Shown here one piece after another: positions 35,944 to 47,424 of a stretch of 64,000 nt of DNA. The position numbers and the translations under genes are program-made. The DNA is from an uncultured Rhodospirillaceae bacterium. Lineage in GTDB: Bacteria > Pseudomonadota > Alphaproteobacteria > UBA6615. Position 1 is the first letter of the stretch; every line of letters starts with the position of its first letter. The stretch is taken from contig CAZHBA010000049.1 in assembly GCA_964530225.1 (NCBI GenBank), positions 847 to 64,846 on the forward strand. Direction: 5' to 3'. Under the pieces are notes generated by a model. That model worked only from the letters and a program-made list of their open reading frames with translations. It ran no database searches and was not told the DNA's origin.

Positions 35944-36966
35944 CTACAGCCGACCCATCTGCACGGCGGTGTCGCTCATGCGCGACGAGAAGCCCCATTC
36001 GTTGTCGTACCAGCTCAACACTCGCACCATGCGCTTGTTGGTAACTTGCGTCTGGGTCGCATCGAACACCGAGCTCGCCGCATTGTGGTTGAAGTCTGAC
36101 GAGACCAGTGGTTCGTCGTTGACGGTGAGAATACCCTTGAAGTTCTTGCTCGTCGCCGCCTTGGCGATGGCGGCGTTCACTTCCTCGGCCGTGGTGTTGC
36201 GCTTGGCCTCGACCACCAGATCGATCATCGACACGTTGGGGGTTGGCACCCGCACCGAGGTGCCGTCGAGCTTGCCGGCGAGGTGTGGCAGCACTAGGCC
36301 GACGGCGCGCGCCGCCCCGGTCGAGGTAGGGATCATCGAGGTGGCGGCGCCGCGCGCGCGATGCAAATCCTTATGCAAGGTATCGAGCACCGGTTGGTCG
36401 CCGGTATAGCTGTGCACCGTGGTCATGAAGCCGTGCTTGATGCCGACGGCCTTGTCGAGTACCGCGGCGACCGGCGCCAGGCAATTGGTGGTGCACGAGG
36501 CGTTGGAGACCACTTTGTGGGACTTGCGCAGCTTGTTGTCGTTGACGCCCTGCACGACAGTAAGGTCGGCGCCCGTCGCCGGGGCTGAGATCAAGACTTT
36601 TTTGGCGCCGCCAGCGATATGTTTACTAGCCGCTTCTTTGGAGGTGAAAATGCCGGTGCATTCCAGCACCACATCGATCTTCAAGTCGCCCCACGGCAGA
36701 TTGGCAGGGTCGCGCTCGGCGAAAACCTTGATGCGTTTGCCGATCTTCGACTTGGCGCCTAGGTCGATCCAATCCTTGCCGCTGCGAATGGTGCCCGGGA
36801 ACGCGCCGTGGATCGTGTCATGGCGCAGCAAATGGGCGTTGGCCTCGACCGAGCCCAGGTCGTTGATGGCGACGAAAGTGATGTCGCGGCGGCCTTGCTC
36901 GTAGGCGGCGCGTAAAATCAATCGGCCAATCCGGCCAAATCCGTTGATCGCAACACGTACTGCCAT
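35944..36966 (-). CDS. gap: glyceraldehyde-3-phosphate dehydrogenase
   Basis: [19 protein letters not shown] active-site Cys motif, WYDNEWG C-terminus. Confidence 0.95.
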   Translation of the reverse strand: MAVRVAINGFGRIGRLILRAAYEQGRRDITFVAINDLGSVEANAHLLRHDTIHGAFPGTIRSGKDWIDLGAKSKIGKRIKVFAERDPANLPWGDLKIDVVLECTGIFTSKEAASKHIAGGAKKVLISAPATGADLTVVQGVNDNKLRKSHKVVSNASCTTNCLAPVAAVLDKAVGIKHGFMTTVHSYTGDQPVLDTLHKDLHRARGAATSMIPTSTGAARAVGLVLPHLAGKLDGTSVRVPTPNVSMIDLVVEAKRNTTAEEVNAAIAKAATSKNFKGILTVNDEPLVSSDFNHNAASSVFDATQTQVTNKRMVRVLSWYDNEWGFSSRMSDTAVQMGRL

Positions 36967-36993
36967 GAAGTCTCTCCGTAAGTGTTCTGTTGT

Positions 36994-38997
36994 TTATAGT
37001 TCTGCCCGCACGGCGTCGGCGACTGCCTGCGGCGTGATGCCAAAATGGTCGTAGAGACCGGCGATGGGGGCCGAGGCGCCAAAACTGCGCATGCCGATAA
37101 CCTTGGCCTCGCTGACGCCATAGCGCGCCCAGCCGAAACACGCCGCCGCCTCGACCGCCACGCGGGTTCCAGCTTTGCCTAATACCTCGGCCCGATAGGC
37201 TTCCGGCTGCTGGTCGAACAGTTCCCAGCACGGCATAGTGACTACGGCGGTAGCGATGCCGTCGGCCTGCAACAGCTCGCGCGCCGCCAGGGCGATTTCC
37301 ACCTCCGAGCCGGTCGCCAGAATAGTCGCTTGCCGGGCGCCGTCGGCATCGGCGATCACATAGGCGCCGCGCGCGCTTAAGTTTTCGTCGGTGTGCTCGG
37401 TACGGATGGTCGGCACACCCTGGCGGGTCAGCACCAGCACTGACGGGGTGGTGATGTTCTCCAGCGCTAGCAGCCAGCACTCGGCAGTCTCGACGGCGTC
37501 GGCCGGACGGAACACGTTCAAATTAGGAATAGCTCGCAGGGACGCAATATGTTCGACCGGCTGATGGGTTGGGCCATCTTCTCCTAAGCCGATGGAATCA
37601 TGGGTCATCACATAGACTACCCGCAGCCCCATCAGCGCCGACAGGCGGATCGATGGGCGGCAGTAGTCGGTGAAGGTCAGGAACGTACCGCCGTAAGGCA
37701 TAAATCCGCCGTGCAGCGCCATGCCGTTCATGACTGCCGCCATGGCGTGTTCGCGCACTCCGTAATAAATGTAGCGTCCGCCAAAATCATCGACCGAGAT
37801 TGGTACGGTTGCCGCGGTTTTGGTGTTGTTTGATCCGGTCAGATCGGCCGAGCCGCCGATCATCGCTGGGACCTGCTCGGTCAAGACTTCGAGCGCTTCC
37901 TGGCTCGACTTGCGCGTTGCCCATTTCGGCGCATCGGCTGAAATCTGGCTCTTATGCGCGTTTAGAGCGACCACAGTATTTGCCGGCAAATCGCCGGACA
38001 AAATCGCTTCGAAGCTCTCTCGGGTTGCTCCTTCGAGCGCCGCCAGTTTTTCTTTCCACGCTGCGTGCGCCTTTCCGCCGGCTTGTCCAGCTGTGCGCCA
38101 CGCGCCGAGGATCGCTTCGGGAATCTCGAACGGCGGGTGCGGCCAGTCGAGTTTCTCCCGCGCGGCGGAAATCTCGTCGTCGCCCAGCGGTGCGCCATGG
38201 GTTGCCGAGGTACCCTGTTTATTAGGCGCGCCAAAACCGATCACCGTCCGGCAGGCGATCAGCGAAGGCCGACCAGTTTTTTTGGCGGCCGTGATTGCGC
38301 TATCTATGGCGTCGGGGTCGTGGCCATCGGCACTACTGACGTTCCAGCCGCTGGCGGCGAACCGCGCGATCTGGTCGTCGGTCACCGTCAGGTCGGTGCC
38401 GCCGTCGATGGAGATGCCGTTATCGTCGAACAACACGATCAGCTTCGATAGCCCTAGGTGCCCGGCCAGCGAAATCGCCTCGTGACTAATACCTTCCATC
38501 AGGCAGCCATCGCCGGCGAACACATAGGTGTAGTGATCGACCACGCTGTCACCGAAACGCGCGTTCATCATGCGCTCGGCCAGCGCCATGCCGACGGCGT
38601 TGGCCAGACCTTGACCGAGTGGGCCGGTGGTCGTTTCGATTCCTGACGCGTGACCATATTCGGGATGGCCGGCAGTGCGGCTACCGAGCTGGCGGAAGTT
38701 CTTAATCTCGTCGATCGTCATGTCGCGATAGCCGGCCAAATAGAGGACGGCGTAGAGCAACATCGAGGCGTGGCCGTTGGACAGCACGAAGCGGTCGCGA
38801 TCGGGCCACTGCGGGTTGGTGGGATCGAACTTCAGGTGCCGGGTGAACAGTACGGTGGTGATATCGGCCATGCCCATGGGGGCTCCGGGATGGCCGGAAT
38901 TTGCGACTTGTACCGCGTCCATCGACAAGGCCCGAATGGCGTTCGCCATATCGTTATGGCTGACGGTGCCGGCTTTCGTTGGTGACTCGCTATTCAT
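36994..38997 (-). CDS. tkt: transketolase
   Basis: [31 protein letters not shown]-binding N-terminus; [13 protein letters not shown] motif. Start at the internal ATG (MNSESPT...), giving 667 aa. The ORF-track version adds 114 spurious codons. Confidence 0.9.
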   Translation of the reverse strand: MNSESPTKAGTVSHNDMANAIRALSMDAVQVANSGHPGAPMGMADITTVLFTRHLKFDPTNPQWPDRDRFVLSNGHASMLLYAVLYLAGYRDMTIDEIKNFRQLGSRTAGHPEYGHASGIETTTGPLGQGLANAVGMALAERMMNARFGDSVVDHYTYVFAGDGCLMEGISHEAISLAGHLGLSKLIVLFDDNGISIDGGTDLTVTDDQIARFAASGWNVSSADGHDPDAIDSAITAAKKTGRPSLIACRTVIGFGAPNKQGTSATHGAPLGDDEISAAREKLDWPHPPFEIPEAILGAWRTAGQAGGKAHAAWKEKLAALEGATRESFEAILSGDLPANTVVALNAHKSQISADAPKWATRKSSQEALEVLTEQVPAMIGGSADLTGSNNTKTAATVPISVDDFGGRYIYYGVREHAMAAVMNGMALHGGFMPYGGTFLTFTDYCRPSIRLSALMGLRVVYVMTHDSIGLGEDGPTHQPVEHIASLRAIPNLNVFRPADAVETAECWLLALENITTPSVLVLTRQGVPTIRTEHTDENLSARGAYVIADADGARQATILATGSEVEIALAARELLQADGIATAVVTMPCWELFDQQPEAYRAEVLGKAGTRVAVEAAACFGWARYGVSEAKVIGMRSFGASAPIAGLYDHFGITPQAVADAVRAEL

Positions 38998-39312
38998 GGG
39001 GTGACGACACGGCTTTCGATGGCTGGGAGCATCCGTCGCGGTGATGCAACGGCCACTGGTGAGCGTCGGCAACATGCCGTCCCCGTAAGTCGCCGTCAAC
39101 GGGTTCGTCGGTGGGTTATTTATGTATCGCCTGCGTAAAGTTTTTTTGCGGCCACGCACCATCTGTGGCGGCATCGGTTGACCCTTCAAGTCGCACGGAA
39201 GTACGATATGCACGGTGCACAAACACGTGGTATGTGCGTCGAACGAGCAATGGCCACGCGGCCGAAACTGGCTGATGTTTGTCGTTCGCATACCGCACAG
39301 GGGAGGTTGCCC

Positions 39313-39540
39313 ATGTCTGCTGCCGATGAAGCAAATCAACGCCTTGATGCCGCGCTATCACGCCTCCAAACGTCGCTGCAGGCGCGTTTGGCTTCTCAAG
39401 GTGGCGCCGGGCAGGCGCAACTCGAAGACGAAATGACGACGGTGCGCAACGAGGTTGATAGCCTAAAAGAAACCTCTGCCGCAGTATCGCAACGCCTCGA
39501 TGCGGCAATCGGCCAGATAAAGGGCATTCTCGCCGAATAA
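39313..39540 (+). CDS. small coiled-coil protein (DUF4164 / ZauP-like ZapA partner)
   Basis: 75 aa, [23 protein letters not shown]... Perfect GGGAGG RBS 6 nt upstream. Lies immediately upstream of zapA, as the DUF4164/zauP gene does in alphaproteobacteria. Confidence 0.55.
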   Translation: MSAADEANQRLDAALSRLQTSLQARLASQGGAGQAQLEDEMTTVRNEVDSLKETSAAVSQRLDAAIGQIKGILAE

Positions 39541-39572
39541 TTCGCGGCGTATAACTGGCGTATAACTAACGA

Positions 39573-39893
39573 GTGGGAAATTCAGTGTCGCAAGTGGAAA
39601 TCACCATCAACGGCCGTCAGTATCGCGTCGCCTGCGAGGATGGGCAGGAAGCCCATCTTACCAATCTCGCCAGCTATTTTGATGGCAAAATGTCCTCGCT
39701 GATCGAAGAGGTCGGTCAGATTGGCGACACCAGCCTGATGGTTATGGCCGGTTTGTTGATCGCCGACGAATTAAGCGATGTAAACCAGGAATTGGTCGAT
39801 GTGCGCCGCGCCAACGAAGTGGATTACGCCAACAAGGTCAGCGCCTTGGCCGAGCAAATTGAGACACTGGCCGATACTCTGAGCCCGGAATAA
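39573..39893 (+). CDS. zapA: cell division protein ZapA
   Basis: VSQVEITINGRQYRVACEDGQEAHLTNLA matches the ZapA N-terminal signature. GTG start; an alternative GTG at 39585 has better RBS spacing. Confidence 0.75.
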   Translation: MGNSVSQVEITINGRQYRVACEDGQEAHLTNLASYFDGKMSSLIEEVGQIGDTSLMVMAGLLIADELSDVNQELVDVRRANEVDYANKVSALAEQIETLADTLSPE

Positions 39894-39904
39894 GTGGCTA
39901 AGTA

Positions 39905-40122
39905 GCGGCGGATGGCCCTACTTGCGGCTAGCGGTACGGGCACTTACGTTGAGCGCGGGCGGTCTCTGGTCGGTGCGTTTGGTACATCTTGTCCCGGGGA
40001 CCTTAATCATCGAATAGGGAGCTGTCCCTACTGGGATCGAGGTCTCGGATATATGGCACCCACCTGCTTGAAGCAGGTCTCGGTGGACTCGTCTTGCCGA
40101 CGGCCGCATCGGGGCCGCCCAC
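39905..40122 (+). ncRNA. ssrS: candidate 6S RNA (SsrS)
   Basis: A ~300-nt non-coding gap sits exactly between zapA and 5-formyl-THF cyclo-ligase (ygfA), the conserved ssrS locus. 5' GGCGG-AU-GGCCCUACUUGCGGC can pair with 3' GCCGCAUCGGGGCCGCC as an interrupted closing stem. GC-rich internal helices surround a central unpaired region. Not checked against a covariance model. Confidence 0.45.
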
Positions 40123-40195
40123 TCTAGTTTTGCCATAGAAAGCGCAGGGCCCCATCGCCCCAACGTCCGACGCCGAAATTCGAGACCGGAAAGCC

Positions 40196-40792
40196 GTGCT
40201 ACGCAGCGTGGCGCGGGCCAATCGGGATGCGCTGCAATCGGGCCTGGGCGCAGCGTCGGCGACCGGTCTGGTGGCGCGATTTCACAACACGCCGACGCTA
40301 CACTTCCTGGTATCGCCGTCCAATGTTTTCGCCGGTTATATGCCGATCGGCAGCGAGCTCGATTGCCTGCCCCTGTTGAATAGGCTGGCGGCGGCCGGTG
40401 TTCCGCTCTGCCTGCCCGTGGTCACTGCACCCGGCCAGCCGCTTATTTTTCGCCGATGGCAGCTGGACGACCCGCTGGTACCGGGATCCTTTGGAATTTC
40501 CGAGCCAACCGCTACGGCGCAGGAAGTGTCGCCGCAGGTCTTGCTGGTGCCGATGCTGGCCTTCGACCGGCAGGGTCACCGGCTCGGTTATGGCGGCGGT
40601 TACTACGACCGCACCCTCACGGCGTTGCGTGAAGTAAGCGATCAGGGCGGTGAGATCGTCGCTATAGGGGTTGCATTTGCCGGGCAGCTTCGGGACAAGT
40701 TGCCTGTCTCCGAGAGCGACGAGCCTCTCGACTGGATCCTGACCGAAATGAGCGCCACTTGCGTTGCCGATGGATCCGCCAACCCGCGTTGA
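40196..40792 (+). CDS. ygfA: 5-formyltetrahydrofolate cyclo-ligase
   Basis: GYGGGYYDR motif, ~198 aa. Confidence 0.8.
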   Translation: MLRSVARANRDALQSGLGAASATGLVARFHNTPTLHFLVSPSNVFAGYMPIGSELDCLPLLNRLAAAGVPLCLPVVTAPGQPLIFRRWQLDDPLVPGSFGISEPTATAQEVSPQVLLVPMLAFDRQGHRLGYGGGYYDRTLTALREVSDQGGEIVAIGVAFAGQLRDKLPVSESDEPLDWILTEMSATCVADGSANPR

Positions 40793-40808
40793 TATTAGGA
40801 ATGCTTGC

Positions 40809-41654
40809 ATGAATATTCTGTTTTGTGGAGACGTGGTTGGCCGGGCTGGGCGCGATGTTGTCGTCGAACACTTGCCAGACTTGCGGCGCCGGCTGGTGCT
40901 CGATTTCGTCATCGTCAATGGCGAGAACGCGGCCCACGGTTTTGGTATCACCGACAAGATTTGTGCTGATCTCTACGATGCCGGCGCCGACGTGATTACC
41001 ACCGGCAACCACGTTTGGGACCAGCGCGAGATCATCGGCCAAATCGATAACGATCCGCGTCTGTTGCGGCCGGTAAATTATCCCGCCGGTACGCCGGGGC
41101 GCGGTGTTAGCGTCTACGAGGCGACGCGCGGACGCCGCGTTTTGGTCGTCAACGTTATGTGCCGACTGTTCATGGACCCGCTCGACGATCCGTTCCAGGC
41201 GATCGAAGAAGTCCTGAGCGATTACCCGCTTGGCGGCGCGGTCGACGCTGTCGTCATCGACGTTCACGGCGAAGCCTCGTCGGAAAAAATGGCAATGGGC
41301 CATGTCTTCGACGGCCGCGCTAGCTTGATTGTCGGTACCCACACCCATGTACCCACCGCCGATGCACAAATTCTCGGCGGCGGCACTGCCTACCAGACCG
41401 ATGCCGGCATGTGCGGCGATTACGATTCGGTCATCGGTATGCAGAAAGAGGCAGCGATCGAACGGTTTTGCCGCAAAATGCCGGGGGAGCGCTTGAACCC
41501 GGCGAACGGCGATGGCGATCTTTGCGCCGTTTATGTCGAAACCGACGACAGCAGTGGATTGGCGCGTTACGTGGCGCCGTTGCGGTTGGGCGGCCGGTTG
41601 GCGCCGGCGTGGCCGGTCGAAGCTAGCGGCCAATGCGACGATGCCGCGGAATAG
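40809..41654 (+). CDS. TIGR00282-family metallophosphoesterase (YmdB-like)
   Basis: MNILFCGDVVGRAGR...VIVNGENAAHGFG...TTGNHVWD calcineurin-like motifs. Start at the ATG with an AGGAA RBS. Confidence 0.8.
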   Translation: MNILFCGDVVGRAGRDVVVEHLPDLRRRLVLDFVIVNGENAAHGFGITDKICADLYDAGADVITTGNHVWDQREIIGQIDNDPRLLRPVNYPAGTPGRGVSVYEATRGRRVLVVNVMCRLFMDPLDDPFQAIEEVLSDYPLGGAVDAVVIDVHGEASSEKMAMGHVFDGRASLIVGTHTHVPTADAQILGGGTAYQTDAGMCGDYDSVIGMQKEAAIERFCRKMPGERLNPANGDGDLCAVYVETDDSSGLARYVAPLRLGGRLAPAWPVEASGQCDDAAE

Positions 41655-41748
41655 CGGCGAAATGACCTTTTGCCGCCCTTATTGGTATGGCTACTAGATA
41701 TGGTATAAACGCGTACGAAATGCGCATAAATTAGGGAGCAGATGGGCC

Positions 41749-42498
41749 ATGGCGGGCCATTCCCAATTTAAGAACATCATGCATCGCAAAGGTGCGCAGG
41801 ATAAAAAGCGCGCCAAGCTGTTTGCCAAGTTGGCGCGTGAAATCGAGGTCTCGGCCCGCATGGGCGCGCCCGATCCAGCACAAAATCCGCGTTTACGTTC
41901 GGCGGTAGCGGCGGGGCGTAGCGCCAACATGCCGAAGGATCGTATCGAGCGTGCGATCAACAAAGCGGCCAGTGGCGACGATGGTGCCAACTACGAAGAA
42001 ATTCGCTACGAGGGCTACGGCCCGGCGGGTGTCGCGCTGATCGTCGACGCCCTGACCGATAACCGCAACCGTACGGCGTCGGAAGTGCGCTCGGCATTTT
42101 CGAAGTTCGGTGGCAATCTTGGCGAGACCAACAGCGTTGCGTTCCTGTTCGACCGGGTCGGCCAGATCGCCTATGGGCCGGATGCGGCCGACGCCGATTC
42201 CATGTTCGAAGCGGCGCTCGAAGCCGGTGCCCAGGACGTTAACAGTTGGGCAAGCGGCCACGAAATAAGTTGCGACCCCAACGATTTTGGCCAGGTTGTC
42301 GAGACCCTGGAAGCTAAGTTCGGGGCGCCACAATCGGCGAGTCTGACCTGGCAGCCGCAGACGACGGTCAACGTGGATGCCGATGCGGCGCAAACGCTGA
42401 TTAAACTAATAGATATGCTGGAGGACGGCGACGATGTGCAGAACGTGTCGGCGAATTTCGAGATGAGCAATGAGGCGATGGCGCAACTCGCCGACTAG
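41749..42498 (+). CDS. yebC: YebC/PmpR-family DNA-binding transcriptional regulator
   Basis: [28 protein letters not shown] signature N-terminus. Confidence 0.9.
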   Translation: MAGHSQFKNIMHRKGAQDKKRAKLFAKLAREIEVSARMGAPDPAQNPRLRSAVAAGRSANMPKDRIERAINKAASGDDGANYEEIRYEGYGPAGVALIVDALTDNRNRTASEVRSAFSKFGGNLGETNSVAFLFDRVGQIAYGPDAADADSMFEAALEAGAQDVNSWASGHEISCDPNDFGQVVETLEAKFGAPQSASLTWQPQTTVNVDADAAQTLIKLIDMLEDGDDVQNVSANFEMSNEAMAQLAD

Positions 42499-42543
42499 CC
42501 GTCGGCGGCAAACACCGTGCGCAAGCACGGCGGAGACAGACTA

Positions 42544-43038
42544 ATGCTATTGCTGGGGTTGGACCCGGGCCTGCGCACCACGGGCTGGGGTGTTATCGAA
42601 ACCGACGCCAACCGGTTGCGCCATGTCGCCAACGGCGTAGTGCAGTCCGGTAATGGCCCACTAGCTGACCGGCTGTTGCGGTTGCACGAAGGTTTAACGA
42701 AAGTCATCGGCAAATATTGCCTCGACAGCGCGGCAGTCGAAGAGACATTCGTAAACATGGACGGAAAGGCGACGCTGAAATTGGGTCAGGCACGCGGTAT
42801 TGTCATGTTGGTTCCGGCGCAAGCGGGCCTGCTGGTTGCTGAATATCCGGCCAATACAGTCAAAAAAAGTGTCGTCGGCTACGGTCACGCGGATAAAGCG
42901 CAAATCGGCCACATGATCTCGTTATTGCTACCGGGCGCCGATGCGCAAACACCCGACGCCGCCGACGCGCTGGCCGTGGCGGTGTGCCATGCGCACCACA
43001 TGCCAACGTCGCAACACCTCAAGGCCGCTGCCTTATGA
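42544..43038 (+). CDS. ruvC: crossover junction endodeoxyribonuclease RuvC
   Basis: [19 protein letters not shown]... with catalytic acidic residues. Start at the internal ATG. Confidence 0.9.
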   Translation: MLLLGLDPGLRTTGWGVIETDANRLRHVANGVVQSGNGPLADRLLRLHEGLTKVIGKYCLDSAAVEETFVNMDGKATLKLGQARGIVMLVPAQAGLLVAEYPANTVKKSVVGYGHADKAQIGHMISLLLPGADAQTPDAADALAVAVCHAHHMPTSQHLKAAAL

Positions 43039-43670
43039 TTGCCCGCTTGAAAGGCACCATCGACGAAATAGGGCCCGACTGGCTGGTGATCGACGTGTCG
43101 GGGGTCGGCTATCTAGTGTACTGCCCGGCTCGGACCATAAACACCCTGCCAGACCAAGGCATGCCCGCTGAACTACACATTGAAACTCATGTGCGCGAAT
43201 CTCAAATCTCGCTGTACGGCTTCGCCGAAGTGCGCGAGCGCGAATGCTTTCGCCTGTTGACGACGGTGCAGGGCGTCGGCGCCAAGGTAGCGTTGGCAAT
43301 CCTGGACGCTTTGTCGCCGGATCAATTGGCCGAGGCCATCATTGCCCAGGACAAAGCGCAGTTGTCGCGCGCCGACGGTGTCGGTCCGCGGCTGGCGGCC
43401 CGCCTGCTGACCGAATTGAAAGAGAAAATCCTGACCGTCGCTGGTAGCCTCCATATCGTCTCCGCCGACCAGCAAACACCAGCGGCCGCGCCAGTGGGTA
43501 GCGCTGCGGAACCGGACGGTGTCACTGCCGATGCGATTTCCGCGTTGGTCAATCTGGGTTACGGCCGGGCGGAGGCCTTTGGCGCGGTGTCGCAGGTCAT
43601 GCGTTCGCTGGGTGAGGGTGGCTCGCTCGAAGCGCTCATTCCGGCGGCGCTGAGGGAGCTTGGCCAATGA
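43035..43670 (+). CDS. ruvA: Holliday junction branch-migration protein RuvA
   Basis: [11 protein letters not shown]...VSGVGYLV... Overlaps the ruvC stop (ATGA). Confidence 0.9.
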   Translation: MIARLKGTIDEIGPDWLVIDVSGVGYLVYCPARTINTLPDQGMPAELHIETHVRESQISLYGFAEVRERECFRLLTTVQGVGAKVALAILDALSPDQLAEAIIAQDKAQLSRADGVGPRLAARLLTELKEKILTVAGSLHIVSADQQTPAAAPVGSAAEPDGVTADAISALVNLGYGRAEAFGAVSQVMRSLGEGGSLEALIPAALRELGQ

Positions 43671-44770
43671 CCGATGCCGCTGCCGACGGTGGTGCGGGCC
43701 GGTTGGTCGACGCTGCGGCTAAGCCCGACGACGGCGCTGAAATTGGTCTACGCCCGCAGACCTTGGCCGAGTTCGTCGGCCAGCGCACACTGTGCGATAA
43801 TCTGGCGGTGTTCGTCGCAGCGGCACGACAGCGCGGCGAACCTATTGACCATGTATTGCTGCACGGCCCGCCAGGTCTTGGAAAAACCACGCTGGCGCGC
43901 ATCGTCGCGCAAGAGCTCGGCGTTGGCTTTCGCGCCACCTCGGGACCGATCATCACCAAGGCCGGTGACCTGGCGGCGGTCCTGACCAATCTGCAGCCCC
44001 GCGACGTTCTGTTCATCGACGAAATTCATCGCCTTAATCCGGCCGTCGAAGAGGTACTGTATCCGGCGATGGAGGATGGCGAGCTCGACCTCATAATCGG
44101 CGAGGGGCCGGCGGCGCGTTCGGTGCGCATTGAATTACAGCCCTTCACCCTGGTCGGCGCGACCACCCGCCTGGGCTTGCTGTCGACGCCGCTACGCGAG
44201 CGTTTTGGCATTGGTATGCGGCTGGAATTTTATGCGCCCGACGAACTGATCGCGATTATCCAGCGCAATGCCGCGCTGCTCGACCTACCAATAACCGACG
44301 ATGGTGCCGCCGAAATCGCCACCCGGGCGCGCGGAACGCCGCGCGTGGCCGGCCGGTTGCTGCGCCGGGTGCGCGATTTTGCCGTGGTCGAAGCCAGCCT
44401 GCCGGTAAATGTAGCGGTAGCCGACGGGGCGCTGACGCGCCTCGATGTCGACGCGCGTGGCCTCGATTCCATGGACCGGCGCTACCTGCGCTATATTATT
44501 GAAAATTACAGCGGCGGCCCGGTTGGTATCGAGACCATCGCCGCCGCCCTGTCGGAAGAACGCGACACAGTCGAAGATGTCGTTGAGCCGTTCCTGATGC
44601 AGCAGGGTTTCCTGCAACGTTCGCCACGCGGACGCATTGTAACCGCGGGCGCTTACCGGCATCTCGGCTTGGAACCCCCGAACCGTCCCCAAGGCGAACT
44701 GTTAGACGGCCACACCGTTGCCACAAATGATTCTCATAATTTCACCACAGACGACGATGGCGTCGGCTGA
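43667..44770 (+). CDS. ruvB: Holliday junction branch-migration helicase RuvB (with ~35-aa C-terminal tail)
   Basis: [14 protein letters not shown] Walker A, DEIHRL Walker B, and arginine-finger region. Overlaps the ruvA stop. Confidence 0.9.
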   Translation: MTDAAADGGAGRLVDAAAKPDDGAEIGLRPQTLAEFVGQRTLCDNLAVFVAAARQRGEPIDHVLLHGPPGLGKTTLARIVAQELGVGFRATSGPIITKAGDLAAVLTNLQPRDVLFIDEIHRLNPAVEEVLYPAMEDGELDLIIGEGPAARSVRIELQPFTLVGATTRLGLLSTPLRERFGIGMRLEFYAPDELIAIIQRNAALLDLPITDDGAAEIATRARGTPRVAGRLLRRVRDFAVVEASLPVNVAVADGALTRLDVDARGLDSMDRRYLRYIIENYSGGPVGIETIAAALSEERDTVEDVVEPFLMQQGFLQRSPRGRIVTAGAYRHLGLEPPNRPQGELLDGHTVATNDSHNFTTDDDGVG

Positions 44771-44799
44771 CGGCCGAAATACAGTGGCGGACTAATACG

Positions 44800-45288
44800 G
44801 TGGCGGATGGGGCGAATGCAGTCCAGCAAATGGCTCGGGGGAGAAGCCCGCGCGGATGGTTCGAGGACGGTGAACACGTTTTTCCGGTGCGGGTCTATTA
44901 CGAAGACACCGACGCTGCGGGAATCGTCTACTACGCCAATTACCTCAAGTTTGCCGAACGGGCGCGTACCGAGATGATTCGTTGTCTGGGATTTGAACAC
45001 CGGCGATCGATAGCCGAGGACGGGGTGGCCTTTGCAGTGCGCAGTTGCACAGCCGAATATTCGTTGCTAGCCCGTCTCGATGATGAGATTGCCGTGCGCA
45101 CGCGCATCGACGCGGTCGGCGGCGCTAGTCTCAAAGCGACACAGCGGGTCGTGCAACGGGATGGCGGCGGCAATCACATCGAACTCGTCAATTTAAAGAT
45201 TCGTTTAGGCTGTATCGATAATTCTCAGCGGGCGGCGCGTATGCCGCCCGATATTCGTGGTGCCCTTGCCACGCTCATGGTGAACTAA
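44800..45288 (+). CDS. ybgC: tol-pal-associated acyl-CoA thioesterase YbgC
   Basis: [24 protein letters not shown] matches E. coli YbgC [21 protein letters not shown]. The likely true start is the ATG at 44830. Confidence 0.8.
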   Translation: [162 protein letters not shown]

Positions 45289-45346
45289 CTGGCATTTACC
45301 GGGTGCGGATCGCCAGCCCGAATTCAGCAAAGGACTAAGTCTTAGG

Positions 45347-46078
45347 ATGGAAGCCAATATTATTGAATCAGTCGCGATAACGGGGGGCGCCAGTATCACC
45401 GATTTTTCGGTCTGGGCGCTGTTTCTGCGGTCGGACAATATCATCAAGTTAGTCATGGTGGTGCTGTTTCTCGCATCGTTCTGGTCGTGGACGATCATCA
45501 TCGACAAGTGGTTACGGGTGCGCCGCCTCGACCGCGAAGCTCGCCGGTTCGAGGAAAGTTTCTGGTCGGGTGGATCGCTGGACGAGTTGTACGAAATCTA
45601 TGGTGCCCGTCCGGTCGACCCCATGTCGGCGGTATTTGCCGCGGCCATGACCGAATGGCGACGATCGACCGAGCGCGGATTGTCGAAGACCGTGGCGCTA
45701 CACGCCAATCTGCAAGACCGCATCGAGCGGGTCATGGACGTGACCCTAAGCCGCGAGATGGAGCGTATTGAGCGCTATTTGGTGTTTCTCGCTTCTGCTG
45801 GGGCGACGGCGCCGTTCATCGGCCTATTTGGAACGGTGTGGGGCATCATGAACAGTTTTCAGGCGATCGCTGTGGCCAAGGACACTAGCCTCGCCGTTAT
45901 CGCGCCAGGCTTGGCGGAAGCCCTGTTCACCACCGCCATGGGCCTCATCGTCGCGATACCGGCGGTCGCCGCCTACAACAAGTTCAGCACTGATATGAAC
46001 CGCTACGCCCAGCGCCTCGATGGGTTCGCTGCCGAGTTCACCGCCATCTTGTCGCGTCAGCTCGAAGAGGCGAAATAG
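45347..46078 (+). CDS. tolQ: Tol-Pal system protein TolQ
   Basis: MotA/TolQ/ExbB family. Three TM segments. LASAGATAPFIGLFGTVWGIM motif. Confidence 0.9.
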   Translation: MEANIIESVAITGGASITDFSVWALFLRSDNIIKLVMVVLFLASFWSWTIIIDKWLRVRRLDREARRFEESFWSGGSLDELYEIYGARPVDPMSAVFAAAMTEWRRSTERGLSKTVALHANLQDRIERVMDVTLSREMERIERYLVFLASAGATAPFIGLFGTVWGIMNSFQAIAVAKDTSLAVIAPGLAEALFTTAMGLIVAIPAVAAYNKFSTDMNRYAQRLDGFAAEFTAILSRQLEEAK

Positions 46079-46081
46079 GCG

Positions 46082-46525
46082 ATGGCGCGCAGACACGTCA
46101 GATCCAACCTGCGCCGGCCGGGCGGTGGGCCGGTGACCGACATCAACGTGGCGCCGTTCGTTGATGTCATGTTGGTGCTGGTGATCATTTTTATGGTTGC
46201 TGCGCCGTTGCTGAATATTGGCGTGCCGGTCGATCTACCCAAAGCCACCCTTAAGCCGCTCAACGAAAGCCAGGATCCGCTGGTTGTCACCGTCGACGGC
46301 GAGGGAAATATTTTCATCCAAGAAGCGGCAGTTCCGGAACAAGCCTTGGTGCCAAGGCTTAGAGCTTTGTCGAACGTCAACAAAGATTTGCGCATTTTCG
46401 TTCGCGGCGACCGCGCCATTAATTATGGCCGGGTCATGCAGGTCATGGGGATGGTTTCCCGGGCTGGATTTTCGAAAGTCGCGCTGATCGCCGAGGCTCC
46501 CCTGCCCGGCGAAACCGTCAAATGA
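46082..46525 (+). CDS. tolR: Tol-Pal system protein TolR
   Basis: ExbD/TolR. DINVAPFVDVMLVLVIIFMV TM segment with Asp. Confidence 0.9.
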   Translation: MARRHVRSNLRRPGGGPVTDINVAPFVDVMLVLVIIFMVAAPLLNIGVPVDLPKATLKPLNESQDPLVVTVDGEGNIFIQEAAVPEQALVPRLRALSNVNKDLRIFVRGDRAINYGRVMQVMGMVSRAGFSKVALIAEAPLPGETVK

Positions 46526-46546
46526 GTTGAGGCGGACGGCTTTGCA

Positions 46547-47422
46547 ATGATGGGTTCTTCCAACATGCGCAACGGTGTTTCTATGTCCATTAGCGCCCAT
46601 CTGCTATTGGTGCTGTTTGCACAGTATGGGTTACCCAACCTGTTCACGCCGCGCGATGTATCAGTGGTCACCATCCCCGTCGAAATTGTTACTGACGAGC
46701 AACTCAATGCGCCACCGCCGCCGGCTACGCCGGAACCCAAGCCGGAACCAAAACCCGAAGCCGCGCTACCGCCACCCCCACCTGAGCCGGAAGTGGTAGA
46801 GGCGCCGCCACCCCCGCCTGAGCCGAAATCCAAGCCGGAAGTGGTAGAGGCGCCGCCCCCGCCGCCAGTCGAAAAACCCAAACCGCCGAAAAAGAAAGAA
46901 CCGCTAAAACCGAAACCGACCCCCCCGGCGAAAGCGGAGCCGCAGTCAAAACCCAAACCGCCGAAAAAGCCGAAAAGTTTTGCCTCGGTATTGAAAGATC
47001 TCGACAAGCTGGAGAAAAAATCGACGCCGAAAGTAAAAAAAGAGGCGGCACCGAAGGACAATAATAAACCGGCGCCCGATCGACAGATTCCCGAGCAGGC
47101 GTCGATTACGGAAATCGAACGTCTGAAGCAGATAATCCGCCGGCAGATCGAGCCCTGTTGGAGCCCGCCGGTCGGGGCGGCGGAGGCTGAAAACCTGGCG
47201 ATTACCATTTTTATCCGTGTTGACCGAAAGGGCTTTGTACGTGAAGCGCGTGTGATTGATGCGCCGGCGATGGCGCTGAATACTTATGTCCAAGCGGCGG
47301 CCGACGCCGCGCGGCGGGCGGTGCTCAATCCGCGGTGCCAGCCCTTCCAGTTACCGATTAAACGTTATGATTTGTGGAAAGAAATAAGGTTTAATTTCGA
47401 CCCCAGGGAGATGTTGAGTTAG
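46547..47422 (+). CDS. tolA: cell-envelope integrity protein TolA
   Basis: N-terminal TM, PEPKPE/PPPP repeat linker with 27-nt direct repeats, and a C-terminal TolA-III-like domain. Confidence 0.75.
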   Translation: MMGSSNMRNGVSMSISAHLLLVLFAQYGLPNLFTPRDVSVVTIPVEIVTDEQLNAPPPPATPEPKPEPKPEAALPPPPPEPEVVEAPPPPPEPKSKPEVVEAPPPPPVEKPKPPKKKEPLKPKPTPPAKAEPQSKPKPPKKPKSFASVLKDLDKLEKKSTPKVKKEAAPKDNNKPAPDRQIPEQASITEIERLKQIIRRQIEPCWSPPVGAAEAENLAITIFIRVDRKGFVREARVIDAPAMALNTYVQAAADAARRAVLNPRCQPFQLPIKRYDLWKEIRFNFDPREMLS

Positions 47423-47424
47423 CC

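Noticed and set aside
46781-46870. Direct 27-nt repeats (GCCGGAAGTGGTAGAGGCGCCGCC)
   Set aside because: They are in-frame coding repeats of the TolA Pro-rich linker (EVVEAPPPPPEP), not a CRISPR or mobile-element repeat.
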